NCBI RefSeq assembly: GCF_006345805.1
Contig: NC_043010.1
Span: forward strand, 30,194,001 to 30,258,000
Source of the DNA: Octopus sinensis
Taxonomy: Eukaryota
Length of the DNA stretch: 64,000 nt
Direction: 5' to 3'
Below are positions 11,500-24,492 of this stretch, one piece after another (within the stretch, counting starts at the first letter, position 1; the number at the start of each line of letters is the position of its first letter). The notes below the pieces were generated by a model. It was not told where the DNA came from. It made no database searches and saw nothing but the letters and a program-made list of their open reading frames with translations. The position numbers and the translations under genes were made by a program.

Positions 11500-14465
11500 A
11501 GCAGCCCTGACGGACTGAACCTGCGATACTAAACGGTTCCGACAGGTAGCCATTTACTTTGACCGCCGAGCAGGTGCCGCTGTGCATTGCAGTAATTCAG
11601 CCTCTGAAAGCAGTTCCAAAACCGGCCGCTTTAAGGACTGCTTCCAAGTAGCGATGGTCTATTCTATCGAAAGCTTTCGACTGATCTAAATTGATCAGGG
11701 CCCTACCGAAGCCAGCTTTAGTCTCAGCCCTCTGTACGATGTATCGCATAAGGTGGAGGTTATCGTGGATAGACCTGCTCGGGATTGCGCACGTTTGTGC
11801 CTCCCCGATCAGATTACCAACGACAAGCGTCAGCCTTTTCGCTAACACCTTGGCCAAAATCTTAAACTCTGCGTTTAGCAGAGTTATGTACCGAAAATTC
11901 CCTAGCATGTCCCCATTATCGGCATACTTTCTCAGCAGTGTTACCACACCCTAACTAACAGCACTAAGAATTCTCCCGTTCTGCTGCCAGTTACTGTAGA
12001 CATCTGCTAAGAGGCTGCCAAACAAATCTAGTATGAAAACATAGAAATCGTAGGGCGGATCATCCGAAACGAGCGATTTGCAATCGCTCATCGCCTCCAG
12101 TATTTCAGAGGCTGCAATAGGCTTTTCGCAGAATCTCGCGTCCGTCACTGAGAGCCGTGGTAGGCTGTCTAGCTACGAAGAAAAGTTCGCTACCGTCGTC
12201 GACCCATACCTCCCCCCCTAAACAATCGCGCAAACTGCCGCCGGAAAGTCGCACACATCTGCTCAAAACCGAGTAGCACACGTCCGTCCTGATCCGCTAA
12301 AGAATTGATCGTGGTTTTGTTTCCACGTCGCGTCTCTACCGTGCGGGCACATCGGACGGCTTTAGTTACTTCATGTTTTAGTGCACGGGCCTTAGCTCTG
12401 ACAACGCACCCTTCGTGTTTCCCCTTAAAGAAATGGTGAAGAGCTATTCTTGCCGCTAACATGTCGGTTGCGATGCCTTTACTAATAGCCTCTTCTAGTT
12501 TGATAACCAGTTCTCTCGCTAATCTATTTCTTTCTATTGCAAAAGTTTTGCTAAACGCTATAGATTCTACTCTAATCGCTCTCTTCAGAGCGATCTACCA
12601 CCGGTTGCTGACGACAGCCCTCATCAACTGGCGCTTAACTAGTTCGCTAATCCGGTCCCTGTAGTCTTTGCAAGCCGGCCAGGATGCATTCAACTTCCAG
12701 TAACCGGGTCTCTTTTCACGGGTCCTATCTAAATTGCCTGAGCATATCACAAATTTGTGATTTATATAATCGACCAATTTAAATTGTGGACACCTTATGC
12801 TGTCCCTATCCTCTGGCCTAACAAATACTCTACCGTTACTTCATGTCCACACTGGCACATCAAGAAAATCCAGTCGGTACCTGTCAGAATGCTGGAAAAT
12901 TCAGGTTTTCGAGACTTTTACAACTCCTTCTACTATGTACTAAACCCACACAGTCCTTCAGTGCGTCCAAAATACTATTCCAGTCCTCCACTAGTACTAA
13001 AGTGTAAGGGTGTTTCTAGATTCCTGAAGAAATCTGGCCTTTCAGCCCCTGTTAGGGTATAAACCACCATCAGTCTAAAGGCTCCACCATCACTGTCATT
13101 CACACCCAGGACCACCACTCTACCATCCGGGTCCAGGAAAATAGCCCGTACTTGGAGATCTAAAGATTTCCGAAGTAGCTCTGCTACACCACCACCCACT
13201 CCCAGTAGACCACAAGATGAGAATATCTCTTAGTCCTCGAAAATAGATGCTAGAGCGTGTTTTCCAGAGATCCTTGTTTCACTAATGGCAACCATATCAA
13301 AATCAAGGGACATGAAATCGTTGAGCAAGTGACCTTGCTTCCAAGTTGATTCCAGGCCACGCACATTCACACACTCCACTCTCAGCACAGCCATGCTAGT
13401 CGGAGAAAGAAAATGAGGGGTTTACTCACCTTGATTTTCGAGGAACCCGGAAGTTCTGGGCCTTTGTACTAGCGAAGATTTTTAAAGGGGTCCTTCCAAC
13501 AGCCTTTTATCAACAGATTTTTTTAAATCCCCACACTACATGGGAATTTTTCTATCATAGCTTTAAAGACATTTGACATTTTAATTAAAAGTCTGTCCTT
13601 GGGCGTTTTGAGGATGAAATCCTTAAATTCCTTTTCCTCTATCTCTATTTTGTTTTTGCTTTGACTTATAAAATCCATCAATTCACTGTTGTACTTGTTT
13701 ACTACAGTGAAACTGATGGATACATTTCGTCCACAGTCTGATGAATATTTTTGAAGTTCTGTAATTGGTTGTTTCTGTGTTTCTGTGATTACATGCTGTT
13801 GTTGATGATGTAGCTGTTTTTGAAGTTATTGATCCTGTTCTTGTTGTTTTTATTGGAGTGGTTGTGAACTGTGTTGCAGTTGTGGTTCCAGAATAAGTAG
13901 GTGTGAGCGTGGGTGTGGGAGTAGGTGAGGGAGTCTTGAGCATTTGTTTATGATTTTGCACTTGTGGTGTTTGTAATGTTGGCAGAAGTGGGACTTTCTT
14001 TTGCCTTGCTTCAGGGCAGAAAGCCTTTAAGTGATTTTACAGATCCACATGTGTGGAATCTTGGCTTTCTACCTTCCACTAACACTGACAAATGAATACC
14101 ATCCGGGAGATCGATTAGATCGGCAGCTGGTCGATATGGTCCTGCTTGCATTGCAAGGTCAGTTCCGTACCTAAACCTAACCAGTTTTGCTTAGGTAGTT
14201 TCTTGACCTACAATATTGTGACTTCATCTTCTTCTAATCCTGCCAAGACGGCTGCCACTAACCAGGTAATGGACATTTCTTGTGGCACATTCAGCACCCT
14301 ATTGTTGGCGTTGGCCACATAGCTGGAGATTAAGAAAAAGTTGTCTTTCTTCAAAGTGGTTGCGGAATTACATCTAGCCGCTTCTTCTGTCCCAAATCTC
14401 ACCTCAATAGTTCCAAACTCCTTTCCTTGAGTGATGTGGATCTTTTGTTCCCACATGCGCCCAAG
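11500..14465 (-). mobile_element. Tx1-like LINE: ORF1 plus ORF2 (APE endonuclease, RT up to VRQGC), 3'-truncated and degenerate
   Basis: ORF1 GTIEVRFGTEEAA and decayed Zn knuckle; ORF2 ATG at 13394 (MAVLRVGV.NVRGL..AISETR); RT NFRYITLLNAEFKILAKVLAKRL, NLDQSKAFDRIDH. Confidence 0.9.
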
Positions 14466-14949
14466 GCATTTTTATATAATTTTTATATAATGATAATAAT
14501 CACATCATTTATTTGCAACGAAGGCGAAAGGTAAGAGGGCAATACAGAGACAGACATAAAGTGTTATGGTTTACATATAATAATGAAATGATAAATAATA
14601 AGAAAAGTATACACGGTATACACTGGGAAAGATAAGACATATGCATAGCATACAGGGGTATAAAAGATGTGGGGAGGGATGAGAGAGATGTGGTCCTCTT
14701 GATACAGGAACGCTTCTAGGGATAATCGAGGAACCCCACCGTCCGAGATTTCCCTGAAATCCCATGAGCAAGTGCTCTCTCCAATTCCTTCTCTCCGACT
14801 CAAAAATAATGATTCCTTTATTAACTACAAGGGTTTACATGAAGAAAAATATTATGATCAGCTCAGGACAAAGCAAAAATAAAGTGTGTGTATGTGTATG
14901 AGTGTATGTAGTTGTGAGGGGTTTACGTGTAAACAAGACTAATATAATT

Positions 14950-15900
14950 AGAAAAACGTGTGTGAGTGTGTGGGTGGGAGGATCAATAGGGAGGAGATAT
15001 TCGAGGGCTGCTCATGGAAAAACCCCATAAAAACCATGGATACCCTGACTTTGTGGGCTGACGCCTTCTTTTTTTTGCGTTTCCTTTCCTCTTTCCAACT
15101 ATAGGCGTATGCTAGGGGCAGGCCCGTTCACCCGCTCCATTCTCGCCACTTTCATCCAACTTTCAGCAAACTGACTAGAAGACAGCTCTTCCCTCTCTAC
15201 CCTTATTTTCCTTTGCAAGTGAAACTTGAAGAAGTTCATCAGGGATTGGCCAAAGAGAAAAGTGTTTGTTTTCATTCCGTTTCCCTGGGGTCATTGAGCA
15301 AGTGACTCCGCTACCAAGGCGACCCCAGGCCATGTACATTCACGCTGTCGATTTTGTATACGACCATGTTGTCGGAAAAAAAAGAGAAGAAAAAAAAAAG
15401 GGAAACTTACCTGGTTTTGTTTGGAGGGGCGGATTGCCCGTCCCTCCTATAGGCTTGGGGTGTTTGCAACAGGAAATCAGCAAGAATTCTCTTGGTGATA
15501 TTTTTGCGAAAATCTCCGATTTCTTGTGGGAAATGGGTTTTTAAGTGTGTGTATGTGTTTTGTGTTCTTTGAATGATTTGTATGAGTGCAGGCAGGGAGA
15601 ATGTGGGTGTCACAAAATCGTTTCGTTTAATGTTTGTGCGTGTCATTATATTATTCATTAATTCATCGTTGTTTGAATTTATTGCCATGTAGTTCGTTAT
15701 GTTACTGTCTTTACTTTGCTGTTGTTGTTGTTGTTGTTGTTGTTGTTGTGGTGGTGGTGGTGGTTGTGATTGTTGTTGTTGTTGCGTGTGTGGAATGGCT
15801 TATGTTTCAGGTGTTAGAGGTGGTGGTGTCGATGCAGTGTTTGCTTTGGGCATGTTTGTTTTTGTTGTTTTGACTTTGGCAATATCGTCAAACTTAATAA
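14950..15900 (-). mobile_element. Internally deleted Tx1-like LINE (ORF1 end, ORF2 start fused to ORF2 end, 3' UTR)
   Basis: MVVYKIDSVNVHGLGSPW.RSHLLND joined near 15285 to NFFKFHLQRKIRVEREELSS..WMKVARMERVNG. Confidence 0.7.
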
Positions 15901-17155
15901 AATATAAAAATTTGCTGAAGACTCAAAGTTTTAGAAATTCATAATGGGAATATTTGACTGAACAAAACTCCAGTCTGATCTATGAGTAGTGATTCGATAG
16001 GTAAAATAATGATAATAATAATAAGTTGCTAAACGAGTAAAAAATTGAACTCATTCATTTTGGAAAAGAGAATATACTTAAACAAACATATTCTGATTTT
16101 CTCTCGAAAGAGCAGTTCCTCGTAGCATCAAATAATATCAGAGACTTATGTATAATTGTGGACAACAATGTAAGCCAATGTTTCCAAATCTATTTTCTCT
16201 CAGGTTTAACTATAACTTTTCAGAAAAAATGCATGCCACACGGTGGTCGGAAAAAAACAACTTTATTCTTAATAATTTATTATAATTATTTAATAGGAAA
16301 GATTTCAGCTGTATCTCTTTTATTAAGTACCGAGTACAAAAAAGTACATTATTGACAAAGAAAAAAAGTGACCCACTTTAATGAGAACCTTGTGTGTGGC
16401 AACTATGGCAGATTTCCTTGATTCAAGGAGATAATTTTCTTAGCTTCCGCGGTAAATCAACACGTTTTGTAATTTCAAGTCTGCTTCTCTTGGCTCGAAG
16501 CAAATCGTTAACAGCACTAAAACCACACTCAACCAAATGAGACGTGGGGAAATGAATCAGAAGTTCCTTTGCTGAAATGACATTGTTAGGATATTTCCTT
16601 TCAACTTCATCATGTAGCTACAGACTTGTACCTTTCATTTTGAACAAAGTATTCACTGATCAAATGTGTTGCAATTCTGATAGCTCTTCTTGGACCTGCT
16701 TTGGAACTTCGGAGATATCTACTAGCAATGGTTGAGTTAACCAAAAGGAAAAAATCATTTTCTTTGATACATGAAATCTGTCTTTGAAGTTTTTTATCAA
16801 CATTTTCAAATGTCCAACGATTACGTCTGTAGAGGTTTTAATTATCACATATTGATTCAACTAGTAAATTTGAGTGAAATTTCATGTATAAATATTCCAT
16901 GGGCATAATTCTAAAACTAGTGAATCCGAAAATCTTTGTTTGTTTTTGCATCAACAAGAGTTATATTTGATCATTAAAATTACTTGTTCAAGTTGCTTAA
17001 TTTCTCGAAGATATCTGTCAAATAACTGACTCATGATTTGTCGTCTGCTGTTGACAGTAACTTCATTCCAGGTTTGTCATTCAAAAACTCACTGGGCTCA
17101 TCAAATAATTCTATGAATCACTCCAAGCAATTTCCTTTTGACGACCATCTTATTT

Positions 17156-17288
17156 CTATTAATAACATTATTTCTATTATCCACACGGGCATATGTCGTA
17201 GTGGTTAAGAGCGCGGGCTACTAACCCCAAGAGTCCGAGTCCGAGTCCGATTCCAGGCAGTGACCTGAATAATAATAATAATAATAAT

Positions 17289-17319
<31 letters not shown>

Positions 17320-17523
17320 CAACAACAACATCGAAAAATACCTCAGGAATGAGAACCCAGGTTCGAAATTTCCCCAAGACACCCGATGATGGCTGGAGGG
17401 TATACCAGCCGAAACATTGTGTTAACAACAAACAAGATGAGGACAAATATTCGTCGAATGTAAATAATGTAAATAATGTAAATAATGTACATAACTCCGC
17501 ATCTCTTAAATATAGAACTGTAT
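17156..17523 (+). mobile_element. tRNA-headed SINE with hammerhead-bearing tail, 10-bp target site duplication
   Basis: A-box tgtcgtagtggtt, B-box gtccgattcc, (AAT)n linker; catcttattt at 17146-17155 and 17524-17533 splits the hAT frame. Confidence 0.8.
17378..17423 (+). ncRNA. Degenerate type I hammerhead ribozyme within SINE
   Basis: GACAC/GTGTT helix I, C(C)GATGA core, GGCTGG/CCAGCC helix II, GAAAC; two substitutions (U4 to C, G16.2 to A). Confidence 0.6.
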
Positions 17524-18031
17524 CATCTTATTTATGTACGAAGCAATAATCGAACATGTTCTGCACTTTGATTCACACGGAACTGCTTAAAAAGACGTTC
17601 AGATTTTGCGTTTATTTTGATGGTGTTAATACACTTGATCACAGATTGTTGAATCTCGTTAAGAACAGGGAACATTTTCTTGGCAACCATGTTTTCTCGG
17701 TGGATAACGCAATGTACAGTCAAAATATTTAGATATTTCACCCTTCATTAGTTTTAAGCATCCTGTTTTCTTGCCCATCACAGAAGGTATCCCATCTGCA
17801 GCACATGATAGAATGTTTTTAACTATTTTGTTTGCATCCGATAATATTTTGTTTGCTGTAGATAGCAACTGCAGTAATAGTCGTTTTTAATGATTCACAG
17901 AATAACATCTCTTCCCTGAAACTCCTCTTGATCAATATACCTCACGTATGCCATTTACACGCACACACACGCACCCTTCCCACACTCATATATGTATATA
18001 TCAATTCATTCACTTCACTATTTATTTCTAG

Positions 18032-18264
18032 GCGCTGAAACTAATAACGTTACGATAGCCACCGGTGAAGATGGTACCGACGATGGTGTAGTGTTGAGAT
18101 TGTATTTCACTAGCTGTGAGAGAAACGTTACGTTGGACACATCTGCTAATGACTTTCAGTCGCACTCTATAGATGTCTTTAATGTATCTCTTCCTTCGTG
18201 TGGTGTATTGAATTGCATAAAATTGTATCAGCTTATGTTGACTTCGAATTGGGACGTGCAGAAT
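18032..18264 (+). CDS. Exon (phase 1-0) encoding a clear PLAT/LH2 domain core
   Basis: tttctag| and aat|gtaagt; VTIATG..GTDDGVVLRL..LD..NDFQ..SIDVFNV..G.L..I.L..W.V matches the PLAT consensus. Confidence 0.85.
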
Positions 18265-19949
18265 GTAAGTACATTATTTTACTGAAAAACTATTGACTAA
18301 ATGTATATGCGTACTCACTCTGCATTGGTATGTTGCATGACTGAAGTATTACGTGTTAGGCAAACTAGAGTTTTAATACATATAATACAGAATGCATTCA
18401 AAAATATCTAACAAAAAATCATTGTGGTCAGATTATTGTTTCTTTGATAATTACAAGGCTTGAAATTTGAGGAAAGGTGTTTAGTCAATTAAATCGACGC
18501 TAGTAGTTGACTGATAGTATATTTTATTGACCTCGGTTGAAAGAAAGGCAAAGACGACCTAGATGCGATTTGATATGAGAATGCAAAGAACCGAACAAAT
18601 ACTGCTCTAACAATATTGCCACTCCATCAGACCTTGAGTAATGTAATTTTGTCCCGGGCAAGACGTTAAACGGCATCCGGTGGTGAAACTCCATTTCAGA
18701 GAGGTCTAAGAGTATTAAGTTGACCCTTAGGTATCACTACTCTCAGGCCCTCTCTGATTCGGGGCATTAATACTTCTCGAAAGTCTCAGTTATGGGGCAT
18801 GCAGTAGAAGCTGCTCTCGTGGCTAAGGTATATAAAATTTAGAGAATGGCTGACACCGAAAGACGCATCACGTCCACCGATGTATGGACATGTCCTGAAT
18901 ATCACATGAATCAGTTGCTATGTTGAAAGGTGAAATAAGCTTTGTGTCTCAAGTGCCTAAATCTAGTGGACAGGAGACTAGCAGAGTAAACTGTAAATAA
19001 ACCCACAGAAGGCAAACGGAGAAGTATTGCTGTATATGTTCAGACTTTGGCATGGAGATCCATGGTCACTGATACCTATAGGCATGGCACATATTTTTGG
19101 TAGTTTTAGATCACCTCAACGAATAAAAGTAATGATGTGAGACTCACTAATTAAATATACAAGACTTAGCGAAAAACAATAAAATAGAAATGTTCAAAAA
19201 TAAATTACCCTTGAATGCATTCTGCATGAAAGAACAATAGCTAAGTTAGTGTAAGTTAGATTTTAAATGTGGCGGTTGGTAAACCGACATTGAAGTACCA
19301 GAAGTAATAATAAACAAAAGAAAAAATGCGATCATCTTCAAATATCTAAATTTAGAGGAATGGGGTATGGAGAAGGGGAAAGATTTGGTGGCACATTTAC
19401 CTACGATGCTTTACGTTATAAGTTGTAAAAACGATGCCGAGGAGGACACGATTTTTGTCCTTGAGTAGCAACTGTTACTTCCTATTTGTTTAAAGTATGC
19501 TAAAAATAGCTAATATTTCCTTCAAACTTTGATTTTCTTTCATTTATTCAAACCCCAAAGTAATTTATTCAAACCCTCAACACATGACTATGATGCTCCC
19601 CCACATCTCCTGCTCATGATCAGAGATGTCAGTCACTAAGGGACACTGGTCAACTGGTTAACATCAAGCTACTAACAAGCAAATCTGTGGTATTGAGCAG
19701 AATATTTACTACAATTATATTTCTGTCTCAGTAACTCAGCGCTGAATCTGTCTAAAATAGGTCAGTTTCAAAACATTGATGTCCAAGTATCAAAAGCATA
19801 GTTTAACGGGAATTGTAGTCATTTCCTTTGGTTTCTTGATAGATGCAAATAAGAAATAAGACTTACCATAAAAGTACCCACCACCGATGTTACCCTGTAT
19901 AATCAATAATGTCAGATATGCTGTAACCACTTAATATTTCACTTTGCAG

Positions 19950-20046
19950 ATTACAATTTTTTATTCAATATCAACTCGTTTTTTCCTGAGTGGAAACCCT
20001 TACATGCGTGCGAATAAGTTATACTGCAAAACTAACGTGGACAAAG
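19950..20046 (+). CDS. Exon (phase 0-1) with GC donor: ITIFYSISTRFFLSGNPYMRANKLYCKTNVDK
   Basis: actttgcag| acceptor, AAG|gcaagt donor, completes the PLAT strands, G+AT gives Asp with the 27271 exon. Confidence 0.65.
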
Positions 20047-20150
20047 GCAAGTTACAAAGTACTCCCTAAGTAATAAATTATTATTCCAGCTGTTGATTGA
20101 ACAAAATATAGCGTATACATTTCCTTTCATTTATTTTTCGATATATACAT

Positions 20151-20181
<31 letters not shown>

Positions 20182-20240
20182 GATATATATATATATATAT
20201 ATCTATATATATTATATATATATATATATATAATATATAT

Positions 20241-20274
<34 letters not shown>

Positions 20275-20639
20275 ATATATAAGTAAAATCTAAAATGAAT
20301 TCCTCGCTCTTTCAGGAACATCAATTTTTTATATTGACTGCATATCACCACTTTGATCTATCTTTTATATTGAATGCATATCACCACTATGAACCACTGC
20401 ATCATACTCTTTAAACATATAGCATGAACGAACTCACTTCACTATATATGAACTTTTGATGTCTGACTCTATTGTATATTATAAATGAATTTTTTATATT
20501 TGATAGCATGAACTATCTTTTTATATATAACTTTTTTTGATAAGGTTCATCATTTCAAGAACTGAAACATGTTATAAATGTATATATAAAAATTAAAAAT
20601 TTGTCTAATATAGCAGCATTTTCGAACTTCATTTTTTAC

Positions 20640-20685
<46 letters not shown>

Positions 20686-20698
20686 TATATACATATAC

Positions 20699-20730
<32 letters not shown>

Positions 20731-21080
20731 GAATATACATATATCTACTTATATATATACATATATATACATAAATATATATACACACACATATATATAT
20801 ATACACATATACATATATATACATATATACATATATATACACACTATACATATATACATATATATACATATACATATATATACATATGTATATATATACA
20901 TATATATATCGCATATATATATCATATACATATATACATATACATATATCCATACATATATATATATATATATACACATATATATATATACATATACATA
21001 TACATGTATATATCATATATATATCTACTATACATATATATATATACATATACATATATATATACATATATATACATTTA

Positions 21081-21111
<31 letters not shown>

Positions 21112-21213
21112 CATGTACATATATATATATACATTTATATATACATATATACATATACATGTACAACATATATATACATTTATATATACATATATACATA
21201 TACATATATATAC

Positions 21214-21270
<57 letters not shown>

Positions 21271-21309
21271 CCATACCATATATGCATATATATATATATA
21301 TATATATAT

Positions 21310-21410
21310 ATGCATGGGCAATGGGATGACACTTGGCTGACCGGTTCGCGGAACACCTCTGAGACATCCGAATCGGCAATGTAACCCCGGTCTCGCACCA
21401 TGTCCGCTCT
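21310..21410 (+). mobile_element. Penelope-like GIY-YIG endonuclease fragment
   Basis: [23 protein letters not shown]. Confidence 0.55.
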
Positions 21411-21498
21411 ACCTATATATACACATATACATATTACATATATACATACTATATATACATACATTATATATATATATTATATATATATTATATATAAT

Positions 21499-21536
<38 letters not shown>

Positions 21537-21616
21537 GGTCCCGGGTTGATTCGGGTTAACCACAGTAAATAAGGTACTCAATACATAGCAGAGTAAATTA
21601 ATTTATTTATAGAAGG

Positions 21617-21668
21617 AGCTTCTACAGGACTAGAAAACTGTTTCATTCAGAGAAATCTTCAGGAAGCT
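21617..21668 (-). ncRNA. Type I hammerhead ribozyme
   Basis: Reverse complement of the 22349-22399 motif. Confidence 0.65.
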
Positions 21669-22348
21669 AGTTAACAAGAATTGTATTGCCATTTATACAT
21701 TTAGGCAGGTTTAAAGGGGTGTTGGTGGGGACTTTTTGGGGGTAGGCATAGCGCAAAATATCATACTTGGGGAGTGGTCAAGGAGTCAGTGTTAAATTAG
21801 ATAGAAGAATAAATAAAAAAATAAAAAATAAAAAATATAAAAATATATATAAAAAAGGAATAGATTTTAGGGTAATAAGGAGATTCTCACTTATACCTAT
21901 GCACATATGTATACATACATACACACACATACAAACATATATACATATACATACACACATACGTACACACACACATATATACATATATATACACTTAAAT
22001 GTATATGTATGTGTAAGTGTATATATATGTATATATGTGTGTGTGTACGTATGTGTGTATGTATATGTTATATGTTTGTATGTGTGTGTATATATGTATA
22101 CATTGTGCATAGGTATAAGTGAGAATCTCCTTATTTACCTAAATCTATTCCCTTTTTTTATATATTTTTTATATATTTTTTTATATATTTTTTTATTTTT
22201 TTATTTATTCTTCTATCTAATTTAACACTGACTCCTTGACCACTCCCCAAGATGATATTTTGCGCTATGCCTACCCCCAAAAAGTCCCCCACCAACACCC
22301 CTTTAAACCTGCCTAAATGTATAAATGGCAATACAATTCTTGTTAACT

Positions 22349-22399
22349 AGCTTCCTGAAGATTTCTCTTGAATGAAACAGTTCTAGTCCTGTAGAAGCT
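22349..22399 (+). ncRNA. Type I hammerhead ribozyme
   Basis: AGCTTC/GAAGCT helix I, CTGAAGA core, TTC/GAA helix II, GAAA, ACAG/CTGT helix III, GUA cleavage triplet. Confidence 0.7.
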
Positions 22400-22567
22400 C
22401 CTTCTATATAATAAATATTATATATATATATATATAATATAATATATATATATAATTATATATATATACCGGAGTAACACATAAATGTGAAACAAGGTGG
22501 AAAAAAAGAGTACTCAAATACCAGTGGTAGAGTAATATGCTTTATTTAAAGCAGCAGAAAATTCAAC

Positions 22568-22615
22568 AAAATCTGTTACTCTGAGTTTCTCGTTGCCGTT
22601 CATCAGACAGTTTTT
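22568..22615 (-). ncRNA. Minimal type I hammerhead ribozyme
   Basis: Reverse complement of 23305-23351. Confidence 0.65.
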
Positions 22616-23304
22616 GCTAGAATGGAACCGATATATCACGACTGTATGTGTATGTATCCATTCGAGCTTGTGTATTTGTATACATGTCTCCATACATGTC
22701 AATAATGCCGTTACCTAGCTTGTATACGTAATTTTTCTTATTTCGTTTTTTCCCTACCCCTCCTTTTTCTTTTTTCTTTTTTCCTTCCCCCTTCTTCGTT
22801 CCTTTTTCTCTCTCTTCCTTTGTTTCGTCCCCCCCTTACTCAGTATATGAGAATCGCTACATAGAGGATTTTAAATTGCGTGCGAGACGGATTGCGTAAA
22901 TATATGTACGCATGCATTTATGTGTATATTTCAGATTTATATTTATACGTCTGTATATGTATGGCGTTGGCACGCATCCTTCTGTGTATGTTGATATATA
23001 TATGTACACGTTAACATAAATATGTATTGCAGTGTCATATTTATAATAGGTTTAATTTCTAAGCTTTAATTATACTTTCTTCATTAATGTCAATATGTAT
23101 ATTATTCAATGTAAGGTTTTTTCCTCGAATTTTATAATTTGTATAAGTTTTTATATATATATACATATATTTTTGACCTTTTTGTTTATCGCTCGAAGAT
23201 TGACCGTTTTTTCTAAAGGGCCAATCAAACAAGTCCATTTCTTTTTAAAGGTGTAGCGTTTGTAAGAGTCTAGATTGAATTGATATATCGGTTCCATTCT
23301 AGCA

Positions 23305-23351
23305 AAAACTGTCTGATGAACGGCAACGAGAAACTCAGAGTAACAGATTTT
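23305..23351 (+). ncRNA. Minimal type I hammerhead ribozyme
   Basis: CTGT/ACAG helix I, CTGATGA, CG-GCAA-CG helix II, GAAA, ACTC-A-GAGT helix III, GUA. Confidence 0.7.
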
Positions 23352-23387
23352 GTTGAATTTTCTGCTGCTTTAAATAAAGTATATAGA

Positions 23388-23419
<32 letters not shown>

Positions 23420-24080
23420 ATTATTACATATACATAAATATATTCATTATTATATATACACACATATATATAATATATATATAATGTATATAATACATAT
23501 ATATATACACATAATACATACATATATATACACACAATATCTACTATATATATATACATATATATATACTTATACATATATATAGATATACATATATATA
23601 TATACATATACTATATATATGCATATATACATATACATTTATATATACATATATATATGTATATATACATATATATATACATATATTTATATGCGCATAC
23701 ATATATACATAGACATATATAAATATACATATATATATATATACATGTACATATATACATATATACATACATATCTATACATATACATATACATACATAT
23801 CTATGCATATACATATATATATACATACACACGCACACACATATATATACATATCAATACATATACACACATATATATATATACATACACACACATATAT
23901 ATATACATATGAATATATATACATTTACATATATATATATGCATATATATATATACGTATATATATATGAATATATATATGCATATATATATGCATATAT
24001 GTATATGTATACATATATGTATATGCATATATATACATACTTATTTATATATATACGCATACATATATATATATATATGC

Positions 24081-24129
<49 letters not shown>

Positions 24130-24363
24130 CATTATATACATATAATATATATACATACATATATATATACATATATATATATTGCATATTATATGCATAT
24201 ATATATACATATATATGTGTATATATATATGCATATACATATACATATACATTTATATATAATTATACTACCCACACATACACCACGCACACACACCCAC
24301 TAAGTGCGCACATACACGCATATATATATATATATGTAATATATATATATATGGTGTGTATAA

Positions 24364-24402
<39 letters not shown>

Positions 24403-24424
24403 GTATATATGTATATATATATAT

Positions 24425-24492
<68 letters not shown>

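Larger units (their letters stand above)
16370..17930 (-). mobile_element. hAT (Buster/SPIN-like) transposase remnant, interrupted by a SINE
   Basis: SCAADG.P.VMGKKTGCLKLMK, TVHCVIHREN.VAK, HVRLLLRT.IRWSSKG and a C-terminal dimerisation-like segment. Confidence 0.8.
21597..22416. repeat. ~820-bp near-perfect palindrome of a PLE-like terminal segment (16-nt spacer at 21998-22013)
   Basis: Arms are reverse complements including embedded microsatellites; each arm carries a hammerhead. Confidence 0.9.
22540..23379. mobile_element. Non-autonomous PLE-like element with identical 99-bp inverted termini
   Basis: 22540-22638 is the exact reverse complement of 23281-23379; non-coding spacer; (TA)n nearby on both sides. 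Confidence 0.75.

Noticed and set aside
16204-16242. Possible phase 1-1 mini-exon (GLTITFQKKCMPH)
   Set aside because: Good acceptor but poor donor (gtggtc), and not needed for frame continuity
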